Shown here in pieces: positions 49,960 to 63,017 of a DNA stretch of 64,000 bases. The notes under the pieces were generated by a model. It worked only from the letters and a program-made list of their open reading frames with translations. It had not been told where the DNA came from and searched no databases. The stretch is taken from the NCBI GenBank assembly GCA_028534125.1, contig CM052816.1, positions 93,064,001-93,128,000 on the forward strand. Reading direction: 5' to 3'. The position numbers were made by a program, and so were the translations under genes. Each line of letters starts with the position of its first letter. Position 1 is the stretch's first letter. The stretch is from Lama glama (taxonomy: Eukaryota).

Positions 49960-50117
49960 TTTTTTTTTTAGCTTTATGTTTTATTTGTTACTTAATTATT
50001 TTATTTTGAGGGGGAAGGTAACTAGGTTTATTTATTTTAGAGGAGGTACTGGGGATTGAACCCAGGACCTCATGCATGCTAAGCAAGTGCTCTACCACAT
50101 GAGCTATACCCTCCCCC
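49960..50117 (-). mobile_element. Vic-1-type SINE, full length
   Basis: GGGATTGAACCCAGGACCTCATGCATGCTAAGC...GAGCTATACCCTCCCC on +; approximate TSD CTACAAA(TAT)CTTCTTT. Confidence 0.9.
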
Positions 50118-50577
50118 AACTACAAACTTCTTTTAAACCAGCTGTGCAAACAGCAGAGCTTGTGTAACTGTCAATTAGCGCTCATATCCCTTGGGATGTT
50201 AAGTAAACTAACCATGAGGAAGAAACTGAAACAAGTTCTTCTTTAAGATAATCTGTTACTGAGGAAGATGAAAATAGTTTAAAACAACTTTATCCAGAAA
50301 TTACATTATTTATTTAAGATAAAAATCATATGTTATTATGTTAATTTTAATTTTTATAATATTTGGGGACATTTCTTAACTTCTTGGAATAGTTTAAAAT
50401 TCAGAATTTTCTAACCTCAAAATATATTCAATCATGAATTATATCTTAAATTGAGAGGAAAAATGTTAAATGAAAAATTGTTCATGTATTTTTGTCATGA
50501 CAAAAGAGAGTTAAAAAAAGGAAGTAAGCTGCACTTTCTGAAAATAACAGCTTTGAGATATAATTTAGGTAATATAA

Positions 50578-50704
50578 GCTCACAGTGAAAAAAAATGTGA
50601 CAATGAATATATGTATGTTCATCTATAACTGAAAATTGTGCTCTACATTGGAATTTGACACAACATTGTAAAATGACTATAACTCAATAAAAAAATGTGA
50701 AAAC
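50578..50704 (+). mobile_element. Short young L1 3' end with TSD
   Basis: GAATATATGTATGTTCAT...AACATTGTAAAATGACTATAACTCAATAAAAAAA; TSD AATTTAG(G/A)TAATATAA. Confidence 0.8.
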
Positions 50705-51478
50705 AATTTAGATAATATAAAATTCACTCTTTTAAAGTGTAGAATTCAGTGGTTTTTAGTAATTCCCCCAAAGAAACCCTGTACCGATTAGCAGTCACTC
50801 TCCATTTCCTCCCCTCAACCTCTGACAACCACTAATTCAGTTTCTGTCTTGATGGATTTGGCAATTCTGGACATTTCATAAGTCAGTCTGAGAAGTATTG
50901 AAATGAGATTTAAAAGGACTGAAATAATACAAAGTATACCTTCCAAACACAGTGAAATAAAATTAAAAATCAGTAACAGGTGATTTGGGAAATTCACAAG
51001 TACATACAAATTAAATAACACACTCTTAAATAACCAATCAGAAAAAGAAGAAATCACAAAGGAAATTAGGTAATAGTTATAGGATAAGTGCAAAGACAAT
51101 CACAAAATGCTGAAACTTATGAAATGCAGTTAGAACAGAGCTTAGAGGGAAATTTATAATCTTGAACACAGATACTACGAAATAAGAAATGTCTCTAATC
51201 AGTAACCTCACCTTCTATTTTAAGAAATTTATCTTCAAGATCACTGATTCTTTCTTCTAAAAGCTAAAATCTGTTGAGCCCTGCAAGTGAACTTTCATTA
51301 CATTTATTGTTCTTCTCAACTTGAGAATTTGTATCTGATTTGCTTCTCTATTTCTATCTCATTATTGATTGTCTCTATTTTGTGAGACATACTTCTCATA
51401 CTTTCTTTTAATTCCTTGGATAGGGTTTTCTGTAGTCCTTTGAACATGCCTTAATAGCTGATTTAAAATTTTTGCCTA

Positions 51479-52751
51479 AGTTTATTTAGGCCCCATTTCT
51501 TTGTTTTTCCTTGTTTCCTTTGCATTAGGCAACAGATCCAAAAAGACATTGCTGTGACTTATCTCAAGGAGTGTTCTGCCTATGTTTTCTTCTAGAGTTT
51601 TGTGGTTCCTGGTCTTACTTGTAGCTCTTTAATCCGTTTTGAGTTTATTTTTGTAATGATGCACCCATTAGCAAAGGAAACCATCAACAAAACAAAAAGA
51701 CAATCTACTGAATGGGAGAAAATATTTGGAAATGATATGACCAAGAAGGGGTTAATATCCCAAATACATAAATAGTACATACAACTCAATGTCAAAAAAA
51801 CCCAGCCAGATTAAAAAATGATCAGAAGACCTAAACAGACATTTTTCCAAAGAAGACAGCAGGCACGTGAAAAGATGCTCAACATTGCTAATTATCAGAG
51901 AAATGCAAATTAAAACTGTAATGAGATATCATCTCACACCTGTTAGAATGGCCATCATCCGAAACAAAAACAAAAACAAAAACAAAAACAAAGAAACAAT
52001 CAAAAACGTAAATAACAAATGTTAGCAAGGATGTAGAGTAATGAACTTTCTTACCCTGTTGGCGGGAATGTAAATTCATACAGCCACTGTGGAAAACAGT
52101 ACAGAGGTTCCTCAAAATATTGAAAATAGAGCTACTGCATGACCCAGCATTTCCACTCCTGGGTATATATCTGGAAAAATGAACACTAATTCAAAAAATA
52201 CCTGGACCCCAGTGTTCATAGCAGCACTGTTTACAATAGCCAGAAAGCAACCCACGTGCCCACAGACCACTGAGTTAAGAAGATGTGGCATATATGTACA
52301 ATGCAATACTCAGCCATAAAAAAATGAAATTTTGTCATTGGCAACAAGATGGATGGACCTGGAGGGTAATTTGCTTAGTGAAATAAGTCAGACAGAGGAA
52401 GCCAAATACCATATGTCATCACTTATATGTGGAATCTAAAAAATAAAACAAATGAAAGAATATAGCAAAACAGAAACAGACTTACAGATGATACGGAACA
52501 AGCTAGTAGTTACCAGTGGAATGAGGAAAGAGGGAAGAGGCAAGATAGGGGTATGGGATTAAGAGATACAAACTACTATGTACAAAATAAATAAATAAAC
52601 TACAAGGATCTATACAGACCAGGGAATATAGCCAATATTTTATAGTAACTTTAAAATAGAATATAATCTGTAAGAAATCTGAGTCACTATGTTGTACATC
52701 TGAATCTAATATAATATTGTTAGTCAACTAAAAGTTGATCGAAAGTCAATC
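51479..52751 (+). mobile_element. 5'-inverted L1 insertion (late ORF2 plus 3' UTR)
   Basis: Antisense ORF2 piece ~51479-51660 joined to sense L1 from ~51671 to the 3' end; degenerate TSD. Confidence 0.85.
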
Positions 52752-53429
52752 AAAAGTTTTTTGTCTAGTAATTCCATTAGTGGGCTTTCTCATGTACAGT
52801 TTCTGTTGGCTATTTTTGGTTTTATGTGTGGTTACCACCCTTCTGTATCTTTGCTTGTCTCACAGTTTTTATTTTTGTTAAAAACTTAATACTTTAAAGA
52901 GTATAATGTGGCAACTCTGAAATCCGATTCTTTTCCCCAGGATCTGCTGTTGTTACTGTTTGTTTCTTTATTGACTTCCCTGGACTAATTCTGTAAAATT
53001 CGTCCTCCCTGTGGAGTGCTCCAGTGAGGTCTCTGCTTGGTTAGTTTAACAGTTAACTATGATTGCACAGAAATTTCCTTTAATGCTTTGAACCAGTAAG
53101 TCTTCCACCCTTTGCCTAGGGATTTGTGTGTGCATTGGAGCACCTGAAAGCTCGAGAAGTTTTCAGCGCTGCCCTAGCCTTTATTTACTGTCTGGGCAAG
53201 ACCTCAGTTCAGCCAGAGTGAAAGACTAGGGCATTTTTGGGTCTTTCCTGGGCATGTGCACAACTGTGTACAGAAGCATGACCTTCTAGAGCCCTGGGAA
53301 CATGTCAGGGTCTCACAGTGCCTTTTGTGGACATCTCATTCCCCAAACCTCTCGTTTGCCTCAACTGATATATCATTGCCTCAGGCAGCTGTGAAGTTAA
53401 TTGTCACTGATCTTTTTAAAAACATTAAA

Positions 53430-53525
53430 AAATTACTTTATATTATTTTCTGTAGTGGAGGTGCTGGGGATTGAACCCATGCTAAGCACACACTCTACCA
53501 CTGAGCTATACACTCCTCTCCCCCA
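53430..53525 (-). mobile_element. Vic-1-type SINE with internal deletion
   Basis: GGAGGTGCTGGGGATTGAACCC joined directly to ATGCTAAGCACACACTCTACCACTGAGCTATAC. Confidence 0.8.
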
Positions 53526-54375
53526 GGTCTTTTTTTTTTTTTTAATTGAAGTGTAGTTGACTTGCAATGTTAGTTTCAGGTGTACAACACAGTGACTTGA
53601 TATTTTTGACGTTATGAAATGATCACCACTCTGCGTCTGGTTACCATCTGTTGCCATACAGAGGGATTACGACATTATTGACTCTGTTCCTTATGCAGTA
53701 CACTATATCCTGTGACTGGAGGTTTGTACATCTGAATCCCTTTTATCTATTTTGCCCACCCCCTACCCACATACCCTCTGGCAGTCATGAATTTCTTCTC
53801 TGTCTCTGAGTCTGTTTCTGTTTTGTTCTGATTATTGTCTGACAATCGCCTTGGGGACAGGGATTTTTCTCAGGTCAAATACAGATAAAGTCTTTGACTG
53901 GGACTTTCCCAGGGAGTTTCCAGAAAGTCAAATGGTGAATTCTATGGGACGTCTTGAGGCGCTGTAAACCCAGGCTGGCCCCTCTGGCGGCTGCTAGGCT
54001 GCTGTGCGGTTTTCACAGCCACAGTGGTTCTCCAAGCACTCCTGTTTCTCAGGGCCACCACACAGCCAGCGGGCAGTGGGCGTAGAACAAGTTCAAAACC
54101 TCATAAAACTCACTGTTGTTACCAAAATTCCCCAAATTTTTTCTTGAGGAAACAAACACTCCTTGAAGTGTTGGAAGCTTTGGTTAATTTCCAGAGTCCT
54201 TCAAAAACTGATATTGACAAATTTCCCCAGTGTTTTCAATTGCTTTTATAAAGATTTTCTGGGGTCCTTACTTTACTGTTACAGAAATCCCCTCACCTTT
54301 TAAAAGCATGTGCCCTGTGCTGTTGATATAAATGTTTTTGTCTTTTCTTTCTTTTCTTTTTTTTTTCGCTTTTAG

Positions 54376-54509
54376 ATACCTTTGAGGTAGCATCTGTAAA
54401 CTTACCCATTCCTGTGCAAGCCAGGAACTACTATAAGAATGTGTCTGAAAACAAAGAGATTGTAAAATTAGTCTCTGTGCTTAGCACAATCATCAACTCC
54501 ACCAAAAAG
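54376..54509 (+). CDS. DNAH5: DNAH5 exon 22 (134 bp)
   Basis: tag|[46 protein letters not shown]; donor AAG|gtatgc. Confidence 0.96.
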
Positions 54510-56002
54510 GTATGCCAAGAGGGTTCTTAGCCAGGGCTCTGTGCTGTACAACATGTGTCTGTGTGAAGTTGAGTGGAAAAGCTCGTCCTCCATGGATCCT
54601 GGGTCTTACCCACTCTGCCTCCAGAGAGCAGCTTATGGAATCTCGTATGTGCCCAGCAAATGTTTGTTTAACTAAAGATTTTTTATTCTAGATTGCAAGG
54701 GGAAAGAGAACTGTTATTTTTGTGTTTTATATTGTCTTCTGTTGAGTGCCTTTAAACTATTTATGTAGTTACATAGTATAAATAAATCTGTTAAAAAATT
54801 GATATGTCAAACCACAAACTGGACTGGTACGGTAATCCACCTTCAAAGAGTCAGTGATGCTAAAGCTGACTTGTATCATTTGAAATAGAATAAGATTTAC
54901 ACTCAATTTTTCATATTTGTGTAGTCAGGCAAATCTTATAAACTATCAGATGAAAATTTATCTGTATAGTCATGTGGATATAATACTGAGAATGTTAAAA
55001 ATATTAATATTATCAACACAAACTTTTACTGGACTTGGATATAAACTCAAATTGATTTTTTCTTACAACTTGCTTTTCTCTCAATTATTTTTCTGTTTTT
55101 GTGGTCAAAAAGGTTCAAAATCATGAAGTCAATTTCTACATAAGAAAAAATCTACATTCACATGGCCACTAAAACCTGCTGACTCTTTAAAACTGTTTCT
55201 CAGTGTTGAGGGCACAGTTACTACTCAGTAAATACATCTATCTTTTCTGTTACTCAGTTTTGATAGAATGAGTTTCATTTGTTTGCAAGTGTTTTGAAAA
55301 GCTGCCTTTGCTGTCACCATGTGAGGAAATGTTAAGTTTAGTTTTAATGTGTTCCTAAGGGGGCTGGAAGCTTTTGCATTTATGCATTTTCAATTTTCCT
55401 TTCTTAATGTATTGAAGGTCCTGCATTTAATTTTGCCCTAGGATAAGTGTTCACATAATTCAATTTAATAAATGTCTGTCTAGTGCTTAGTTTATCAAGC
55501 TCTGTTCTAAATGATAAAGGTAAGTAGAGTAGTCTCTGATGATAATAAACATTCAAATATGTTTTCAAGTGTCTCAGTAATCAGAAAATACAATAAAATA
55601 AATCAATAATAAAGTCCATTCTTTCCTCTGAATATAAAGCAGCCACTATTATGAAAACCTAAGAGTAAGACAGTAGTTGAAATCAATATACTACTGGCAA
55701 CAAATCTGTGTCATTTTTGTTCCATTTGCCTTTATATCATATGGAGGAGATGTATGGATCTTACGTCTTCCTTAAAATAATAGAAAGGGTTGGCACTTAG
55801 AATAACTTGAAAGACCTTTTTCACACTGATAGGATGGCCAAACTGTTTCTGGAAGAATATATGCATACTTGGCCATAGTGCTAGACATGGCCACCACAGC
55901 CATAAACCCTTCTGAATGATTCTTCCTCAACCACAGAATATCCTCTGATCCTAGCCCCTTTCCTCTGGCCACAGCTGATTGGATCAGAATGTAAACCTGA
56001 CC

Positions 56003-56515
56003 ACAGCTCATACAACTCAATAACAAAAAACAAAAACCCAATCAAAAGATGGGCAGAAGACCTACATAGACATTTCTTCAAAGAAGACATACAGATGGCC
56101 AACAGGCACATGAAAAGGTGCTCAACTTTGCTAATTATTAGAGAAATGCAAATCAAAACTACAGTGATGTATCACCTCACACCTGTCAGAATGGCCACCA
56201 TTAAAAAAATCTACAAATAATATATGTTGGAGAAGGTGTGGAGAAAACGGAACCCTCCTACATTTTCTGTGGAATGTAAATTGGTGGAACAACCATGGAA
56301 AACAGTATGGAGGTTGCTTAAAAAATTAAAAATAGAGTTACCATATGATCCAGCAATCCTACTCTTGGGCGTATATCTGGAGAAAACTGTTATTTGAAAA
56401 GATACATGTACCCCAATGTTCATAACAGCACTATTTGCAATAACCAAGACATGGAAGCCATCTAAATATCCATTGACAGATGTATAAATAAAAAATATGT
56501 CATATATATATATAT

Positions 56516-56576
<61 letters not shown>

Positions 56577-57048
56577 GGAATACTACTCAGCCATAAAAAA
56601 GAACAAATTAATGCCATTTGCAGCAACATGGATGGACCTAGAGATTATCATACTAAGTGAAATGAGTCAGAAAGAAAAAGACAAATATCACATGGTATCA
56701 CTTATATTGTGGAATCTAAAATGTGACACAAATGAGCTTATTTATGTAACAAAAATAGACTCACAGACATAGAAAACAAACTTATGGTTACCAAAGAAGA
56801 AAGGGGGAAGGGATAAATGAGGAGTTTGGGGTAAGAAGATATGAACTACTATATCTAAAATAAACAATGAAGTCCTACTGCATAGCATAGAGAACTATAT
56901 TCAGTATCTTGTAATAGACCATAATGGAAAAGAATCAGAAAAATAATATATATATATATGTATATATTCAGTTTGTTGTACACCAGAAACTAACACATTG
57001 TAAATCAACAATACTTTGTAAATCAACAATACTTCAATTGAAAAAAAA
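56003..57048 (+). mobile_element. 5'-truncated L1 (ORF2 end plus 3' UTR)
   Basis: AAAGAAGACATACAGATGGCCAACAGGCACATGAAAAG, TGCAGCAACATGGATGGACCTAGAG, poly(A); 17-bp TSD AGAATGTAAA(C/T)CTGACC. Confidence 0.92.
56502..56574. repeat. Compound (TA)n/(CA)n microsatellite inside L1
   Basis: Short AT run followed by about 27 CA units. Confidence 0.95.
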
Positions 57049-58794
57049 AGAATGTAAATCTGACCTACATTCAGCACGTTCATAGGCTGGCCATCGACTT
57101 ATAACACTGCCTGGCTTGACGCGATGGGCTGGACCGAACACTCAAAATAGCCTTGGCAATTAAAATAACTTAAGTAGAGCAGCCCTACATATGTAGTTCA
57201 TGTAATTTTTCCTTTAGACACTAGGTTACCTATGCTTTCATAAGTTCCAATTTAATAAAGACAGACACTTTTAGATAAAATAAATGAAAGTCTAAAACTT
57301 ATCTAGTTAGGGTATGTTCTTAATATTATAAACTATTGGGTGTTGAAAGAGCTCAGGGTCTGGGAATTTCTACCCATATTCAGGAGTCTTTGATAATCTG
57401 CAATTCATTCTCCAAACCATCATACAATTGTGAATATGTCTACATGCTGTTGCAGTGCATTCTGAGTATGCTTGTCAAGCTCTCAGCCCAAGGCAGGGGA
57501 TCAGTTGTGGCTGGGACAAGTGGTGACAGGCTTAGTTTTCTGCATTTTAATGAGTGAGACATCTCAGTTCTGAGGTTCTGAGGGACATTTTAGCTGCATG
57601 TGGGGCGTTGGAGTAAAGTTACTCCTTGCCTTAGTACAGGTTGGTGAAATTTGCTTTAAGTAATTCGACCATTTAGAGTGCTGTTGGTGATGCTCTATTT
57701 TTTTTAAATGGTATTTTTTTAAACTCTACTTCAGTTTAAAGATATTTTTCTCATGCAGAAGTAATTCTGAAATGATAACATAAGCCAAGAGAAAAGTTGA
57801 TTACCATGAAGTATAAACATTAGAAATGAGAAGACAAATTTTAATTATTTTTAGATGATATGATTATGTACCAAATAATCCACGGCTGCTAACCTGAAAA
57901 AAAACATGGCCCAGTGAAAGTTAAAAGTCAGTTCAAAGGTAACTGTAGGCATTTCTGCTGTAATACAATAAATATATTCCTGAAAAGCCTGTTTTGCAAA
58001 GTTGCACACTTAATATAACATGGATTATGAGAAAAAAGGCTGTGAGACAGACATGCCAAACTTTGGAAATTTCGTAACCAGAGTAGTAACAAAAACAATA
58101 CCAATCAGAGTAAAATATTAACTTGTTAATGATGTTATAATCAGTATAGAACTTTACTATCAAAAGGTGAAAGAAACTTAGTAGAAGGTGGTATAAGAAA
58201 GAGTTGAAAATGCTGAGTTATGGATAAAATATACAAAGATCAAGTCTAACTGTTCAGAAAACATTTTCAAAACAAATTAGTGACCAAATTGACCCGAAAG
58301 AAAAAAGTGGCAAAAAGAATTGTGCCCCTGTAGGACTTGCTGCTTTAGTGGGTACAGAACAAAGTGCTGGGACAAATAGCTTTTGATAATGCGACCTTCC
58401 CATCAGATTGACATCATTCCCTATTTGCCAGTTGTGAGAGAACCAGTTCATCCTACGGGAGCACACTTTGTAGCAAATAGGATGTTCGCTAAAAACCAGT
58501 GTTTTAAGAAAACTTATATGCTATCCATAAAGTTATAAGAATAGTGGGAAAAGATCCTTTTTACAGTAGCAACATCATAGAAAAATATCTAGGAACATAC
58601 ATAATCAGAAATTTGTGGGGTCTTTGTGAAGATTTCTCTAAAACAGAACAAATAATTTAAAAAATAGGAATGGGAAGATTTAGAAATATATACAATGTTT
58701 CTGGATGGGCTGATTTAATATTGTATGGATGCCAATCCTTAGCCAATATGTGTACATGTTATGTAATTCCACGCAATCTTTCAGTGGGGTTTGA

Positions 58795-59170
58795 TGTTGA
58801 ATATATTCTGTTTGCCCCTCTAGATCTAATCTCCACCCTCTGAATTTAGGGAGCAAGTCAATAGGTTTCCTTTGAGGCTTCCAGCAGATTCAACCAATGA
58901 GAGTCTTAGAGGAGCTCTGAGTGAGGGAAGAGACACCTCAGAGCATTTTTTCCTCTCAGCACCACCCGCTCTGTGGCATGATCGTGAACTGTGGTTTTTT
59001 GACCTGAGGTCCAGCTCCAGTCCACAGGGCCCTGTCCACAGGAGATTTCATGGATTCTCTCTCTCTCTTTTTCCCCCCTAGAACCTGTCCCCCTCTCTTT
59101 TTGGCTAGGGCCAGTAGCAGTTTCATTTGTTAATAATCCTGGGTTACTGTTCACACGATTGTATCTAGTT
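58795..59170. mobile_element. ERVL LTR (LTR33-like) relic
   Basis: TATTCTGTTTGCCCCTCTAGATC...GGCTTCCAG...TTCAACCAATGAGAG. Confidence 0.45.
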
Positions 59171-59319
59171 CCAGTTCTGTGGCATTTTCAACTAGTCACA
59201 CAGGTCACTAAATGAGACATTTTAATAAATCCCTGGGAACCACCAGCAGTTGACAGGTATTCACATATGTCATGGTGTCATTTCTGATTCTCTACACAAA
59301 TCTCTTATTTGTATTCTAG

Positions 59320-59521
59320 GAAGTTATTACATCCATGGATTGCTTCAAACGCTACAACCACATTTGGCAAAAGGAGAAAGAAGAAACAGTTATGACATTT
59401 ATTATGAAAAACCCCTTGCTTTCTGAATTTGAATCCCAGATTCTCTACTTCCGAAAACTAGAGCAGGAAATTAATGCAGAGCCCGAATACATCTGTGTGG
59501 GTGCCCTTGCTCTGTGCACAG
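59320..59521 (+). CDS. DNAH5: DNAH5 exon 23 (202 bp)
   Basis: tag|[21 protein letters not shown]...[13 protein letters not shown]; donor G|gttggt. Confidence 0.95.
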
Positions 59522-60107
59522 GTTGGTTCATCTTCCTCCAGACAGTCATAAAAATCCAGCAGTGTTGTTCTGTCCCTCTACCTAGATTAGCATTCCGGAG
59601 AGTTCTAACTCTCTTCAAGATTGACTTTCCTTTTATGAGGCTCAAGATTTAAGACCAATTTGTAGATTTGTTTTTAAGTCCCTTCCACATAATTATTTAT
59701 TCTGGACTATTTTGAACACTTTGCTGCTAAACCTTGAAATAAGTGCTAATTCAGAGGAGGGATGAATCTATATTTAGAATTAAAGTGTACCCTTTTTAAA
59801 AAAAAACCCTTTCTTTAAGAAATAACAATAACAAACATTTGAGGCTTATCCCCAAAAGTTTTGATAATGTACTTTTTAAATATTTTTTGGCATTTTGAAA
59901 TGAGTTCTGAACTGTGGCAAAACAAGCTTGATAAAGTGAATGAATATATAATATTTAGGAAAAACTAACTTTTTTTCCAGTTTGAGCTTTCAGGTGTTAG
60001 AGGGCTATCAGCCTGCAAAGTATTTACTATTGGTGAACAGTGGCACTGTGTCTCCTCATACCAGTTCAAGTTTTTCAAACTGAACTGTGGGCACTTGGGT
60101 TTTACAG

Positions 60108-60343
60108 CCGACTTGAAGTTCACCTTGACTGCTGAGACGAAGGCCTGGATGTTTGTCATTGGCCGTCACTGTAACAAAAAATACAGAAGTGAGATGGAAA
60201 ACATTTTTACACTTGTTGAAGAATTCAATAAGAAACTGAGTCGGCCAATTAAAGACCTTGATGATATTCGAATTGCTATGGCGGCACTGAAGGAAATTAG
60301 GGAGCAGCAGATCCCCATTGACTTTCAAGTGGGACCTATCGAG
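60108..60343 (+). CDS. DNAH5: DNAH5 exon 24 (236 bp)
   Basis: cag|[16 protein letters not shown]...[21 protein letters not shown]...VGPIE; donor GAG|gtaagt. Confidence 0.96.
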
Positions 60344-60485
60344 GTAAGTGATAACTGTTTGCTCTGTAGAAATGTCTACATTTGTTGGGTACTATTAGCT
60401 GAAATATTGACTAGGTCTGGACTGGAGTTACAAATAGATGCTAAACCTAAGAAGAACAATTTTAGTAATGCTAATACCTAACTTT

Positions 60486-60932
60486 ATAGGGTGCCTCAGT
60501 TCTAGTCCTTTCCATGGCATCTAAGGGCCCTAAAAGCAGAGCCTAAGATGAGGATTTCTGTACGAGCGATTTATTGATGACATGGGAGCAATGGAGGGAG
60601 CACAACAGGAAAGGACGAGGTCAGGGGTGGGAGGAAGCAAAGGGAGGGTGTGATCTTAGCGGTAGACTAACTTCCACTTATTCCCATAGGGGTTTCTGGA
60701 GCATGACTTACACCACACAGTTGATGCCACCTTGGCAAGGGGGACTGTCCTTTATTTCCCCATATCAGTTGGTCACTGACTATAATCTCCCCATGAGGAG
60801 GCCCCTATCGGCTGAGGACAGTTTTCAAGGGGAAGAAGGCAGCTTGATCCCTAAGCCAGCACACCCAACAGTTGGGGATGTAAATACCAGCTGGTAAACA
60901 GGACCTGGATGGGGCACTGACAGTGTCCATTC
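60486..60932. mobile_element. ERVL LTR (LTR16-like) relic
   Basis: AAAGCAGAGCCTAAGATGAGGATT...GATTTATT...CAGTTGGTCACTGACT...GGATGGGGCACTGACAGTGTCC. Confidence 0.5.
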
Positions 60933-61489
60933 ATGGGTTTACCTATCTTAACTCGTTTAATCCTTGCTACAACTTACACACAAGGAAACTGAGGGTCAAA
61001 TACGTTACACCATTTGATTAATGTTGCACATTACTTTAATAATCACGTATTCATTCAGTGTCTATGGGGAAGAGCAATGGTGGGAGAAGAGACCAGAGAT
61101 TCTTAGGAAAAATCCTTTCTCATGAAAACCAAACTTTACCTCATTTTCATCTTCTAGGCAAGAGACTAGGCCAGGATTTTGCATCCTGAGGGCAATGACT
61201 TGGCCCAGGCTCTGATTCAAGTATGCCCTCTTATGTCTTACTGTGGGAGTCTTTTACCAACAAAGTGAAATGGAATGGAGTTAAAACCTGGTTTATTTTG
61301 TTATTCTAAAATTAGCGGTTAAATTGTTGGATGTTTTTCATTGACTTGATTTAATTTTGCAGTCTTCAAGTACATTTTAGGAGCCTAAGTAAAAAGGCTT
61401 TTTGTTTGGATACTGATTTACAGTTTTCAAAATGCATTTTAAGTGATATTTTTCAATATTCAAGAAAATCCTGTGACACAGTCAGCAAA

Positions 61490-61620
61490 TTTTCCCATTT
61501 TACAGATGAGGACACTGAAGCTTAGTGACCCAGTTACTCACTTAAGCTTTTCCAAGTTTGCAAGTAGAGTAACTATAAGTCTCTGGGCAGTTTCCTTGTC
61601 ATGCTGAGCTTTTCCATTCT
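61490..61620 (-). mobile_element. MIR fragment
   Basis: CCCATTTTACAGATGAGGACACTGAAGCTTAG, MIR core. Confidence 0.7.
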
Positions 61621-61678
61621 AATGCTTTAATATGCATCTGACTGGCAGAAATTAAATTTTCCTTTTTTTTTTTGATAG

Positions 61679-61897
61679 GAGTCCTATGCTCTACTTAACA
61701 AATGTGGGCTTCTGATAACAAAGGAAGAGATGGACAAAGTCGATACTCTGCGTTACACTTGGGAGAAGCTTCTGGCACGTGCCAGTGAAGTTCAGAATGA
61801 ATTAGTCTCACTGCAGCCCAGTTTCAGGAAAGAACTTGTTAGTACCGTGCAGGTCTTCCTCCAAGACTGTCACCAGTTCTATCTGGACTATGATTTG
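61679..61897 (+). CDS. DNAH5: DNAH5 exon 25 (219 bp)
   Basis: tag|[34 protein letters not shown]...FYLDYDL; donor TTG|gtatga. Confidence 0.96.
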
Positions 61898-62954
61898 GTA
61901 TGACTTGAGCTGTCCCTGTGTGTAATTTGGGGGAAGAGTGAATATAGCATGCAAAATGTAGTTGTGGTTTCAAGATTATATGTCAAATTTAATGAAATCC
62001 GCTAGGAATGGAAATTTTATTTTCATGAGAGCAAAGATAGTTCCCTTTCACAATCCTTTTCCCCCTTAGATTTCATCCAGAGACGCTTAACAGTAAAATG
62101 AAAATTTAAAAGTACTGTTTATATTGTATCATTGGTCTCTTACTGAAGTTGTGGGGTAGCTTTCTAGATTTGTGTGGACAAATACTATTCGTATAGGGTT
62201 GTAGTGATCATCCTTCCCAGAGCACCCATTAGTTCAGAAAATACTTAGAACTGCCCTTGGTGCTGAAAATGCAAAAGTGGACAAGTCAGATGGAGTTCAT
62301 ATTTTAATCATACATATATAAGTTTCAGTGCAGAATTTTCTACACGGAATATGTTGTGTAAGGACACCATTTCCAGCCAATTATAATGTTTTACAGAAAG
62401 GAAATATGTAGCCTATAGGGTAAAATTTGTGTATATTAACTAGTAGCATACAAACCACAAAGTGAATGAAGTTAGGAGACTGGATTCATGCACCAACTTC
62501 ACGGATAAAGAAGCACAGAAATCCAGATATTTAAGATGGTCTATTGTAGGAAAACCTGATTGTAATGTTAATATTACAGGCCACTTTACAAAAAGATTAG
62601 AGTGGTGAACTCTGTGAGGTATCTGGCATTAGTGTTTTAGGTCAAAACCAGACATTGTGTGTGCTTCCTACAGAATAGTTATTGACCCTTCTTTGCCTGT
62701 GTCCCCTAATATGTTTAATTTTCAAAATTTCTTCACATATGGAAGTTGTGGCATTAACTTGGCTTATTTTGGCCTTGAAAATATTTCCAAATGAGTCACT
62801 TTCCTGAGTCCTTTTCTATAAATAAAAAACTAAGTTTCCTATCATGTACATGACATACATGAGAACTAAGTTTGATATCCAAATACTTTGAGCTCATGAA
62901 ATTTGTATGCAAACACTTCATTTATTTTATGTTTATTTTAACGTGTTGTTTCAG

Positions 62955-63017
62955 AATGGGCCAATGGCAAGTGGCTTGAAACCCCAGGAAGCCAGTGACA
63001 GGCTTATCATGTTCCAG
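62955..63017 (+). CDS. DNAH5: DNAH5 exon 26 (63 bp)
   Basis: cag|[24 protein letters not shown]; donor CAG|gtgacc. Confidence 0.95.

Larger units (their letters stand above)
50540..54285. mobile_element. Nested L1 cluster in intron 21 (old L1 pieces in both orientations plus younger L1 and SINE insertions)
   Basis: Antisense 3' UTR piece (~50540-50880), sense ORF2 piece (~50880-51225), antisense ORF1/5' pieces (~51228-51480, ~52750-53400, ~53850-54285), antisense L1 3' end (~53530-53830). Confidence 0.7.

Noticed and set aside
56211..56772. ORFs with CVCVCV and HTHTHT repeats
   Set aside because: Translations of a CA microsatellite and decayed L1 ORF2
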